From assembly GCA_973895155.1 (NCBI GenBank), contig OZ316898.1:3782480-3846479 (forward strand): DNA of 64,000 bases, given 5' to 3'. Source of the stretch: Marsupella aquatica (Eukaryota > Plantae > Marchantiophyta). Within the stretch, counting starts at the first letter, position 1. Every line of letters begins with the position of its first letter. Shown here piece by piece: positions 1-10,818 of the stretch. The notes below the pieces were generated by a model that was not told where the DNA came from, searched no databases, and saw nothing but the letters and a program-made list of their open reading frames with translations. A program made the translations under genes and the position numbers.

Positions 1-894
1 TTGCTAAGCCCAATGCTAAGATGTTCAATGCGGGATTCAGTGCCCTACTCGCATTGGGAGGACCCTTATTTTGCATTCAAATAACCAATCATGAACATCA
101 CCTATGCTTCTTCTCTAAGGGCATGAGTTCAAGCAAATGAGTCTTGACCTAACTTTTGTATTTGGGGAAAATTTGAAGTCTAACTATATAATCACAAGTG
201 AAAGCTACTCTTCAGGGCCGATTATCTAGAGTGCGATCTGTAGACCTTGACTCTTGGGGCTTATTAATATTGGTTGTGAGACGAAATAAGGATTCAGTTT
301 CTCGTACAATAAATCACTATATAATACTCAATCCTACCTACTTCTGGGCATCATCAGCTTATAAAAGCATATTTGGGTGGGAATCAATCAATCTCAGCCA
401 TTTGATATAAATTAAGACCATTTTCCCTTACATTTGGATCAGATCCTAAATTGGCCTTCCCATTTGCCTATTGCCTATTGCCTACAGCCTCCCTCCCAGG
501 ACTCTATGGCAGCCCTTGCCCATGCTACCATGCCCAGCCTGGCCCACATTGGCTACATGCACCTAAGCTCCCCTCCCTTTTCCCATATATTTTGATTATT
601 ATTTTTATTTTATTGACATCTTCTTCTCTTTTAAAAGAACTAAGGACAAGTGGCCCAATTACTTTCAAGGCAACAAAAGGGAACCCAGTATTCTTTTTCT
701 TTTTTAGAGGGCAATGAAGGCGTTTCTGTTTTCTTGGGGGTAGGTTTTCTTCTAATGACCGGGAATTGTTTAATTTCATCCTAGAAAGATAGGGTGTCAG
801 GGTTGGTTATTGTTTATTCACCTTGGCCTTCCCACCTTGCTTTGTTTTGGAGGGTGGGGGATGTTGTATTTATTTTCTTTCAATTGAGTATGGG

Positions 895-1252
895 TGTCAT
901 GCCGAGGGACAGTGCCTCTTATGCACATCGGCATGTCCCTCGCATGCCCGCTAGGTATGTAGTTAGGGCTAGTGTACAACCTGAGTTAGCGACATGTTCT
1001 TATAGCAAATGCCAGGCGTTCTTGAAGCAAACGCGCTTGTTAGTGTGATGCCAGGACTTTGTTTACTTAGGGCATGTCTTTCTTTGTGGGTTTTCAGTTC
1101 TTCTTGAATCGCTGTCGACAGAGCTCAGACAGTGCTTGTCGGTTCCGCACACGGGATTCACAGAGTGATTCGTTAGATGCTCCCGGCCGATCTTGGCATC
1201 CCGCCGGTTTTCGATTCGATTTCAGTACACTTGTTTCTATCACGCCTTTTAT
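895..1252 (+). repeat. Split direct repeat A1 (358 bp)
   Basis: Matches 10461-10818 with 6 substitutions by manual alignment. Confidence 0.95.
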
Positions 1253-1789
1253 TCAAGAAGAACTGCTGAGATAGCGGTGAGGAGAAGAAGATTGCTCGTG
1301 ACGATTTTGACAATTTCTGGTGAAGCCATTGCAATTTCTTCGACGGAAATCGGAGGGACGAGTTGAAATTATGGGTTCAATATGGTGTTATGTGTATACT
1401 TAACATAAGTATACACATAACGCTCCTGTTGGAGCCCGACTTTTGCTTTCCGGTTGCATCTGGGGACCCTTTGCTGCTTTCGACTATGGCTGCCGGTTGC
1501 TGACTGCCACAACCTTTTTCGGGCCATATTCGGTGTTTTCCGGTCGCAGCGCGACCACCTTCCCTTTGCCTTACATTTTCACGACCCTTTGGGGTCCCGT
1601 TCTTTCTTTTCTCACCGGCCGTTGTTTCATTTCGCCTCCCCTCGCAGCTACCGTCGTGAGGTGCCTCCCAGTCCTGCCTGTGTATACACATGCGGGGCTC
1701 ATCATTGCCCTTGGGTCGCGCATAGGGCCACGCGCCCTCCCTTCGGCGTTTTTCTTCCTCCCGCGCCCGTTGCCAGCATCTCGGCCAGC

Positions 1790-2250
1790 ATTTAATTAAG
1801 CGCGAGGAGGGGGAGCCGACCAGGAGCACAAGCACAAGGAGAGGGCACGAGGCCCTATGAAGATTTAAAGAGGGAGGGGGAGTTAACGTCAACCCCCTTC
1901 GGGAGTCCTTCTGCCACTCTGCCAGGGCCCATTTCAGCATTAAAGAGGAGGGAGGGGGAGCCGAGCACCAGCCACAGAGGGGAGGGGGAAGCGAAAGGAG
2001 GGCACGAAGCCCTATGAGGAATTAAAAGAGGGGGAGAGAGGGAGTACATTTGACTCCCTCCTCTCGGGAGTCACAATCCTGCCAGGCACGAGGCCCTAGG
2101 CAGGATTAAACCAGGGGAGGGGACTCAGGGGAGTTCAATTTGAACTCCCTCACACGGGAGTGCTTTGTCAGGGGCGAGCACAAGGGCACGAGGCCCTATG
2201 GAACATTAGAGGAGGGGGAAGGTGCGCAAAGCCCTATGTAGGGCTCGAGC
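1790..2250 (+). repeat. Degenerate purine-rich tandem units with short hairpins in the element's 5' leader
   Basis: GGCACGA(G/A)GCCCTA followed by TTAAA-like and G/A-rich runs occurs near 1843, 2000, 2085 and 2184. Hairpins include GGGAGT-acatttg-ACTCCC (~2040-2058) and GGGAGTTCAA-t-TTGAACTCCC (2129-2149). Confidence 0.7.
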
Positions 2251-2882
2251 ACTTAAAGGCCCGTTTTTCTTTTCCCTCGCCTCGCCTTGGGTCTCGTCTT
2301 TTCCTTTCGCCCTTGCCAAAGCCGTTTTTCTTCTATTTCTTTTTCTGTTCCTCCATGGTCGCTCGTCCGCTGCGCAACGATTGCAGAGTCTTTCGACTCA
2401 CATGAGGGCATGTGCATAGGGCACCGCGGCCGGTCCCCACTATGACCATTTTTCTGCCAACGCCCTGCCCCCATGTGTATACACTTAATCGGGGCCCTTT
2501 TCTTTTAGTTTTTGGCCTTCTTGCTCCTTCGCCGTGCGACAACCGTCCCACCTACTTTTGCATACCTTTGCTGCCAGTTTCCGGGTCCACAAGGGGCCCA
2601 AGGTATACACGTAAAGGGGGCCCTCCTTTCACGTTCTAGGGGCCCGTTTTCCCTTATTCTTTGCTTCACCTATGTATACACATAGGTAAGTGCAACAAGG
2701 GAAACTTTGGTGGTTTTAATGGTCCTTTTTCTCCGGTGACGGTTTCTCCGTGTTTACACATTCTACATATTTCTGTCTTGCATCGTTTGTTTCCTTTGTC
2801 GGTTACATTTCCTAGCCTTGGGGTTGCCACACCTTTTTCTTGTCAGTTTCTTTCCCATTGGCACCCCGGGTGAGCATGCAGC

Positions 2883-4441
2883 ATGTCCGCAAAGGAGCCG
2901 AGTCGTAGCAGCTCATCGCCACTGACACCCAGGTACCACTTGCGGAGTGATCCACGGCCGTTGGTGCCAATTTCATTGGAGTCTCGGCAATTTTGATGAC
3001 GTCCGTAGATAGCAGCAGCACCCACACCACGCAATCCTCCTGCTACATTTGGCGGTCGCTTCACCACTACTCCGAAGCCTACTATCACTTCATTGCCATT
3101 TACCCCTTCTACATCAGTGGTTGTTCCTGCTTCACCGACATACAGCATGGATGCCAGCCACTCATCTGGCCGCATTGAGCGCTTCAGCGGGCGGCCAGGC
3201 ACTGTCTCTTTACGTGAGTTCAAATCCACTTTCTACACTGTCGTTTACGAATTGGAGTTGAAGTATGGCAGCAATTTCACAAATGCTTTTGCATTTAAGC
3301 AGCTAGCCAGGTATTGCACCATGAGGCTTTGGATATGTATGAGCAGCATTCTCAATGGCTGCTTGCTGTCACACAGTTGCCTAACCCTACCTATGCCAGT
3401 GCAATTGTGGCAGCCTCACAATTGGCCTTACAAAATGCCATTGCAGCCCATGCTGCTGCTCCTGCCACTTCCCCTCCTACTCCAGTTCCTACCACTGCGC
3501 CAGTTACTCCCACTGTCTTGGCACAGGCTACATCAGGCATTTCTCCCACCATTGATTCTCCTGCCTTTGCTGATCCAGTGGCTGAGTTTTTCCAGGTTCT
3601 TGAATTGGAATTCCCAATCAAGAGTGCTGACAAAATCATGCAGTTGGCCACCTTTGTGAGGCAGCGCGATGAAACCTTGAAGATGATGTATCGTCGGGTT
3701 CTCAAGCTGAAGGAGGACACCCAGAGCATCACTGACCTGGAAGCTGCTCACCGCTATCTTCGCGCATTGGAGGGCACACCAGCTCTCCATTGGCAAGTGT
3801 TGCAGCAAGTATTCTCAGAGTTTGGAGACAGCTACACACTGCTCAATGTCTATGACACTGCTGAGAAACTTGAGTTGGCCCATGCACATTATGAGGCCAG
3901 TATTGCGCGTCCACCGCGATCCAGGTACCAGGCTGCTGCCCCTACAATGGCCACCCCTTCCCGTGTGCCACAGTATGCTTCCAAGACCAAACCAGCACAT
4001 GCTGCTTTCATGCTGCCATCTTGCAACTACTGTGGCAATCCTAATCACAAGGCTAATGAATGTGATATTGTTGTTGAGGACCTGTCTTGTGATTTTTGCG
4101 GGAAAGTGGGTCACTTGGAGGTAGTTTGTTTTGCCAAATTCCCAGAGAGGAAGCAGCTACGACAACAGGCCACTCATCCTGCTCCTGTTTCCACTCCCCC
4201 ACCAGCTAGGAGGGCTCCTACTACATCAGTTGCTCCTCCTTCCAGTGGCAAAGCACCCAGTGCCAACAAATTGCCCAAGCAACAACAGAAGCAACCAGCT
4301 CAGAAGGAGGCTCACAATGCCCAGGCAACTCAACTCCAGTCTCTGACTCATGAGGTTGAGTCCCTACGTGCCCAACTTGCCAACATCAAAGGCAAATCAC
4401 CTACCTCTGCTGGTCCTTCTCAACCGGCTAGGCACGTGTAA
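2883..4441 (+). other. Gag region with two CCHC zinc knuckles
   Basis: CNYCGNPNHKANEC and CDFCGKVGHLEVVC (CX2CX4HX4C) at ~4022-4130. A capsid-like ERFSG...FKS segment lies upstream. Confidence 0.85.
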
Positions 4442-5219
4442 CCCATCTCTGGCCCAGGCACCACTGACAGTTCAGCATCTCTACCCCGCTCTTTCTATGG
4501 CTTGTCATTTGATGCTCATATGGGTGAGTGTGTGTTGTCCTCTACTCCATAGCCTGGCCTTACAGCAGAATTTTCAGATTCATTCTGCCCTTCCTATTTT
4601 GCTTACCAGCAGGCCAGTGCTGCCTCCCGTATTGCTCCCACACGCCGCATTGTACAGGCTGATGGTCTTGTTGTCGGTCCTATGACTAGAGCCAGGGGAG
4701 CTCGGGCTATCATGCCCCAATCTTTTCAACCACTCACACTTGCTGAAGAGCGCACCTTGTTGGCGAGGGGGGAGGGAGCTGCAGCTACATCCATTCCACC
4801 ACCAGGTGCTGCTGACATTTCACAGGGAGTTGTTTCTCTTGAGCTGCTCGAGCATTTCACCTCCAGTATAGCATAAAGGATTCTTACAACTCCACTTTTC
4901 AGTTGCCATGATTTACAACTGGATGCTAGAGCTGTCATCAGAGCGCTAGAGGGTTCACTACATTCTTCATCAGCCCCTGTGACACCGGTTTTGGAGGTCC
5001 AATCTCATGTACATACTGGACCTTCTTCTTCCCCATTACATGTTTCCACTGGTTTGGCTGCCCCAGTACCGATTGCTGCTGATTGTGTGACCAGAGCTAC
5101 ACTTGATTCTGGTCATGCTGCTCCATCTTTCCTGGCTATGTTGTTGAGTGGAAAGACCGTGGATACTAACTCCCTTCACAAGGTACCTCATCATTTGCCG
5201 AGAGTGGTGCCTAGTGATA

Positions 5220-5605
5220 GGACTTCAGTTTCCACCACCATTGCCATTGTTGACAACAGGAATTCAGTGGTCCAGTTGGAGGGTCACACTCCTCAGGTGG
5301 TCATGCTAGACACAGGTGCTCAACCAGTGATATTGGGCATTCAGTTTGCCAAGAAGATGGGACTGTTGACTGATCATTTACAGCAATCCAGGTGGCACAT
5401 TCGGACTGCTAGTGGCACTGTGGAGGACGTGCTGGGTGAGAGTTCTACTTTACTCACTCTCACTTTTAATGGAGGTACAGATCAGGAATTGCATTTCCCA
5501 GTCAGATGTTTGGTTACCAATGCCACTACGTATGATGTGCTCATTGGCCAGGAGGCTTTGTTCCCACCAGGTTTTACCATTGACAATTGGCATGAGCATT
5601 CATAG
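5220..5605 (+). other. Retropepsin aspartic protease domain
   Basis: VMLDTGAQ active-site motif, IRTASG flap and YDVLIG motif. Confidence 0.88.
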
Positions 5606-5968
5606 TACAGAGATGATTGGCATACGAATGGCTCACACTTGGGCTACATTCCACTTGATTTGCATGGTGCCCATACACCTATGGCTCACCACTGTGTGTT
5701 GAAAGCAGTGCACGCAGCTACCTTTGTCAACCACCCATTGTAGGATTGGATTGAGGATGATGATGAGGTGGCTACTGCACATGCTTCTGCACGTATAGCA
5801 GCACTTTCCAGCAACGTGGATCATCAACCAGAGGTGGTACAACGGCTCCAAGCAGCCCATGGACCTTTGGTGGCTGCATTGCGCAAATTTGAGGATCTTG
5901 GGCAGCACAATGGCCAACCAATAGCCCCAATCTTGAGCGCACCAGTTACATGGACTCCTCCTTCAGAT

Positions 5969-6915
5969 GGCCTTACATTGCTTGAGCTTTTTGGTGGCAT
6001 TTCTATAGGCCTGGAAGCTCTCCTACAGTCTGGCATGGTGGTGAAGCAGTACATCTATGTGGATATTGATCCAGGTGCAAGGCAAGTGGCTGAATCCCGT
6101 TTGCTGGAATTTTCAGAGCGATTTCCCCAGCAGCTTCCACACAGTGCATGGAAGTCTGCATTTTCTTTCTTTCCTCCAGATATCCAACTTGTCCAGCACC
6201 GGCACTTAACCCTTCTTGGCTCCCTTGATTTGATCATAGCTGGTTGGGAATGCCAAGGGTTTTCAGCTGCTGGTCACGGTGCTGGACTGCATGATTCTCG
6301 TTCTGGCCTTTTCACAACATTGGTTCAGATTCTCACCTGGGCTCAATCCCTTTATCCTGCTGTTGGTTATATCATTGAGAATACTCCATCTCAGTTTGAC
6401 CAGCGTCCACAGGTCAAAGAGGATTTCAGTGTGGTCCAGCACTACTTGGGACCACCCCTTCTCATTGATGCAGTGCACTGTGGTTCTTATGCACATCGTC
6501 TTCGTAACTTTTGGACTAACCTTGCACCACCTTCCTTGCTGGAGTTAGCTCTTCACCACACATCCAGGGACACTACCCTCATAGTGGACCAGATTTTGGA
6601 TCCTGACAGTTCTTGCCAACCAGTTACACGGCAAGAGTCAACACCTTGGTATCCAACCAATACCATTGGACAACCCCGTGCTGCTTGGCCTACATTTGTA
6701 TCCTTTCCAGGTGCACATGCCTTTCAGGGTGATGGTCCTGGCCTGGTTTATCGACATTCTACCGGTACATGGGATGAACCTAGTCCTGAGGAGAGAGAAC
6801 GGGCTATGGGCTTCCAATCCGGTACTACAAGTCACACCAAGATCACCAGGCTGGCCAGGAATGCTTTACTTGGCAGGGTAATGGATCTTAATGCTCTCAC
6901 TTGGCTTCTGGTCAC
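5969..6915 (+). other. DNA (cytosine-5) methyltransferase domain inside pol, between protease and RT
   Basis: C5-MTase motifs in canonical order: I LLELFGGI, II YVDID, III DIQ, IV IIAGWECQGFS (Cys codon 6251-6253), V DSRSGLF, VI YIIENT, VIII HRLRNFWTN, IX EERERAMGF, X LLGRVMD. No stop codon in the domain. Confidence 0.9.
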
Positions 6916-7399
6916 TTGCATCCTTTTTCAGATGTACATTCATCCAGCATCTGGAGTTCTAGCTCTCCCACTCCATGGTGCTGCTACATGGCATCCGGAC
7001 CAGGTGCACTTACCTCTATTCAACACTCACCGCTTCAGTCCAAGTGTTGGGGGGGAGGAGGTCCCTTGTAACGTGGCTGACAGTATTTCTGAGTTTCATG
7101 GTGTGGACCAACTCAGATCAGCACGTACAACAGGCCTTGGAGAGGCCTCATCACCTTATCAGCAACATGTTAGCAGCTTGGATAGTGGAGAGGCTGGCAC
7201 TTCTGGCTCTTCAAGCATGAGTACATCAGGTCCTATTCCTAGTGTTGCCAACTACACATTCATCATGGGCAACCACCTGAGTAAAAGACAGAAGGACGAG
7301 CTGCTGAATTTGCTCCTCAAGCATGAGAACATGTTTGCTTTCTCTATGAAGGACTTGGGTAAGTGCAAGACTATGCAGTTCTCCATTGAGTTGGCTGAT

Positions 7400-8060
7400 G
7401 AAACACCTATCTTCAGGCGGAGGCACCGTTTGAGTAAGCATGAGTGGCAACTGGTGGATGAGAGGTGCCAAGAGCTCTATGAAGCTGGTCTTATTCAACC
7501 ATCTACATCAGATTTTGCAGCAGCTACAGTGATGCCAACAAAGAAGGATTCCAGTGGATTATGGACAGAGAAGCGCATGTGTGGGGACTACAGGCCACTG
7601 AACTTGGTCACACCCCAGGACAGGTACCCCATGCCACGGCCAGAGGAGCTATTTGACAGCATTGGAGACTCAGACATCTTCACTCTTGTGGATCTAAGGC
7701 AAGGCTTTAACCAGATTTTGCTGCTTGCAAAGGACCGCAAGAAAACAACTTTCCATGGCAGTAACCAACTATGGGAGTGGTTGGTGATGCCATTTGGCTT
7801 GAAGAATGCGCCCATATTCTTTCAAAGAGTCATGGACCAGGTTCTTCAAGGTGCTGAGTTTCTGAAATGCTACATTGATGATGTGTTGGTCCACAACAAA
7901 GGATTTGACCAGCATCTACTTGACCTTGAGGAGCTATTCATGAGGCTTAAGAAGGTGAACCTAAAGATACACCCCAAGAAGTGTGAATTTGCTGTCAGAT
8001 TAGTAGTATACCTTGGGCACCGCATTCTTCCAAATGGAACCATGGCTCACTGGGCCAAGG
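7400..8060 (+). other. Reverse transcriptase domain (Ty3/Gypsy type)
   Basis: KRMCGDYRPLN, DLRQGFNQI, MPFGLKNAP, YIDD (7871-7882) and YLGH motifs. Confidence 0.95.
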
Positions 8061-8289
8061 TGGTATCCATCTTGGAAATGCCCACTCCTACCGATGTTCA
8101 CACTTTGAGGAGTTTTATTGGGTTGTGCAATTACTACCGGATCTACATCAAAGATTTCAGCACCATTGCACACCCATTGTATGCTTTGTTGAAAAAGAAT
8201 GTGACTTGGACATGGAGTACAGATGCTGAGGCAGCATTTGCCACTTTGAAGGAGAAGCTCTCAGAATACCCGGTGCTGAGAAGACCTGA

Positions 8290-8670
8290 TTTCAGCAAGG
8301 TCTTTGTGCTACACACAGATTGGAGTGCCCTTGGGATTGGTGCCATTCTGGGCCAGCATGATGAGGAAGGTAAAGAGTACGTCATTGCCTATGCATCCAG
8401 GAGCAACAATCAGGTAGAGAGTCATTATTCTTCGTATGAGGGTGAATGCCTTGCTGTTGTGTGGGTTGTCATACATTACAGGCCCTACCTCTATGGGACC
8501 AGGTTTGTCCTCTACACCGACCACCAGCCCTTGAAGTGGTTGATGACCAATGACAAGCTTATTGGCAAGCTTGCTCGTTGGGCGCTCATACTCCAGGAGT
8601 ATGACTTTGAGGTAATTCATAGGCCTGGTGTGACACATCAGAATGCTGACACTATGTCCCGTAGCCCTTT
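8290..8670 (+). other. RNase H domain (Ty3/Gypsy type)
   Basis: FVLHTDWS..GIGAIL, IAYASR, YSSYEGE, YTDHQPL, ARWAL and NADTMSR motifs. Confidence 0.93.
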
Positions 8671-8959
8671 GATTACCTCTGATGATTCCTCAGATGCACG
8701 ACAGGATTTTGACCAGGTTTCCATCCTGCCTATATTTCATGCATCTACCTATCTTGCTTTGCTGCCATGCTACATTGTTGACCAACCTGTGGTGGACATA
8801 TTGGAGGACAGCGACACTCTGAGATTTCTGCAGCATGGCGAGTACCTCACCCATGTTACTGCTGCCCAGAGAGACCGAATTCAGCAAAGGTCCAAGCGCT
8901 ACTTGTGGAAGGGGGATCATCTTGTGCGCTGCCTGCTAGACAGGGAAGTGGTGGTTCCA

Positions 8960-9800
8960 CCCATTCATGAGAGGGTTGGCCTTATCCGTAAGGTACATTC
9001 TGAGCTTGGTCATTTTGGTGTTAAGAGGACTTATAGCCTCTTGGTCCCCCATTATCATTGGAGAGGCATGCATGGCCAGGTTTGAGATGTTATTGCCCGG
9101 TGTGAGCAGTGTGATAGGGTAAGGACTTCTTTCACATCTCGGCAACCCACACTTCATCCACTCCCTATTCAGGGCATGTTTTATCGTTGGTCATGTGATT
9201 TGGCTAGAGAATTACCCCTCACATCTCGGGGTAATCTCTACATCATGATCATGATAGAGCATTTCTCCAAGTGGATAGAACTTGTGGCATTGCCGGATAA
9301 GACCTCCCGTAGCACCAGCCAGGCATTCTTGCAACAAGTTCTCAGTCGCTTTGGAGCTTGTGCAGAATGTCTCACTGACCAGGGATCAGAGTTCAGAGGA
9401 GAGTTCCAGGAGCTGCTTGATCAGGCCCTCATTGATCATCGCCAAACGTCACGAGATCACCCACAAGCAGATGGCTTGGCAGAGCGCATGGTTCAGACAT
9501 GCAAGAAGGGTCTCCGGAAGATCTGCCTCACCAAAAACAAGGAGAATTGGGACCTGGCCTTACCCTACATTGCCATGGGGTATAGGATGTCCAGACATGC
9601 ATCACTGTCTAACTTTTCTCCCTACTTGTTGTTGTTTGGTCGTCACCCAGTTCCACCTTCTGCTATTGCTACTCACATGCTTCAGGTGGTGGACTTGGAT
9701 TCAGCTGTGACTTGGTCTGATGTGATCTCTGAGAGGGCTGCCCTATTCAGGAGGGTTATGCCCATGGCCATGGAGAATTTGGCCATTGCACAGCACAGGG
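8960..9800 (+). other. DDE integrase (HHCC zinc finger plus catalytic core), interrupted by TGA at 9083
   Basis: HSELGH...CEQC zinc finger. Catalytic triad in WSCD, LTDQGSEF and PQADGLAER. Confidence 0.92.
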
Positions 9801-10090
9801 ACACACTGCGTTATGCACACACACGAGGGGGCACTTTTCAGCCCAAGGTCAGGAAGTTTGATGTGGGAGATTTTGTGTACTTGCAGCGGCAAGCTAACGA
9901 CACCCTGGACACCTCTACCAGTCGTACTATTCTCAGGGTTAAAGCTATTCGACCGTCTGGAGTGCTAGAGTTACAAGGGGCAGATGGGCGCACAATTGCT
10001 GACAATGCCAAGAATTGCGCCCCTTGTCATCTGCCTAACCTGGATCCCACCATTGTGACTTCTACCTGGATTCCACCTGTGGACTACCCT

Positions 10091-10225
10091 TGCAAAGTGT
10101 GTTTGCGAATTGATGATGCTGACCAGATGCTGCTGTGTGACAATTGCAATGGAGGGTACCATCTTTTCTGCCTTCGGCCTGAACTTACCCAGGTGCCAGA
10201 AGGGTTATGGTTTTGCCCTTCCTGT
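10091..10225 (+). other. C-terminal PHD finger (C4HC3) fused to integrase
   Basis: CKVC-LRIDDADQMLL-CDNC-NGGY-H-LF-C-LRPELTQVPEGLWF-CPSC. Confidence 0.92.
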
Positions 10226-10282
10226 GCTCCACGTGCTACCTGAATTTTCTTCAGCCCTCCTTTTGGCTGTGGTCTGGGGGGG

Positions 10283-10458
10283 ATACAAAGGTTTACACCT
10301 CCACTACGTACATACCACTTCATTTGCTTTTTCTTGGCACTTGTGAATGTGATTGGACTTTTTCTATGCATGTTGGTTGCTAGCAGCTTGCACATATGCC
10401 TTGCCGGTGACTTGTATGTTTTTGATACACTATGGCTACGATACTATATGTCACGACA
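10283..10458 (+). repeat. Split direct repeat B1 (176 bp), preceded by a G7 tract (10276-10282)
   Basis: Matches 10819-10994 with 3 substitutions and ends in CACGACA. Confidence 0.95.
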
Positions 10459-10460
10459 GC

Positions 10461-10818
10461 TGTCATGCCGAGGGACAGTGCCTCTTATGCACATCGGCAT
10501 GTCCCTCGCATGCCCGCTAGGTATGTAGTTAGGGCTAGTGTACGACCTGAGTTAGCGACATGTTCTTATAGCAAATGCCAGGCGTTCTTGAAGCAAACGC
10601 GCTTGTTAGTGTGACGCCAGGACTTTGTTTACTTAGGGCATGTCTTTCTTTGTGGGTTTTCAGTTCTTCTTGAATCGCTGTCGACAGAGCTCAGACAGTG
10701 CTCGTCGGTTCCGTACACGGGATTCACACAGTGATTCGTTAGATGCTCCCGGCCGATCTTGGCATCCCGCCGGTTTTCGATTCAATTTCAGTACACTTGT
10801 TTCTATCACGCCTTTTAT
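10461..10818 (+). repeat. Split direct repeat A2
   Basis: Copy of 895-1252, starting TGTCATG and separated from B1 by only GC. Confidence 0.95.

Larger units (their letters stand above)
2883..10243 (+). pseudogene. Single gag-pol polyprotein ORF (~2450 codons when reconstructed), disrupted
   Basis: ORF-track pieces 3314, 4682, 4979, 5768 and 9176 are all in one frame. An ATG at 2883 leads into it across a 1-nt deletion near 3315 (ARY-tg-HHEAL). In-frame stops are at 2994, 2997, 3006, 4439, 4550, 4874, 5603, 5741 and 9083. Confidence 0.88.

Noticed and set aside
1074-2873. Short ORFs in the repeats and leader (e.g. 1377-1940 minus), and many 60-130 aa ORFs elsewhere
   Set aside because: No recognisable domains. 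They are low-complexity, or antisense/alternate-frame shadows of real genes and repeats.
4439-5743. Programmed readthrough or RNA editing of the stops between gag and pol
   Set aside because: There are too many scattered stops, including within gag and integrase, plus a frameshift. Mutational decay is the simpler explanation.
5969-6915. Bacterial restriction-modification methylase (contamination) or a host DNMT gene
   Set aside because: It is in frame with the protease and RT inside a TSD-bounded element, with no introns, no host regulatory domains and no neighbouring endonuclease.
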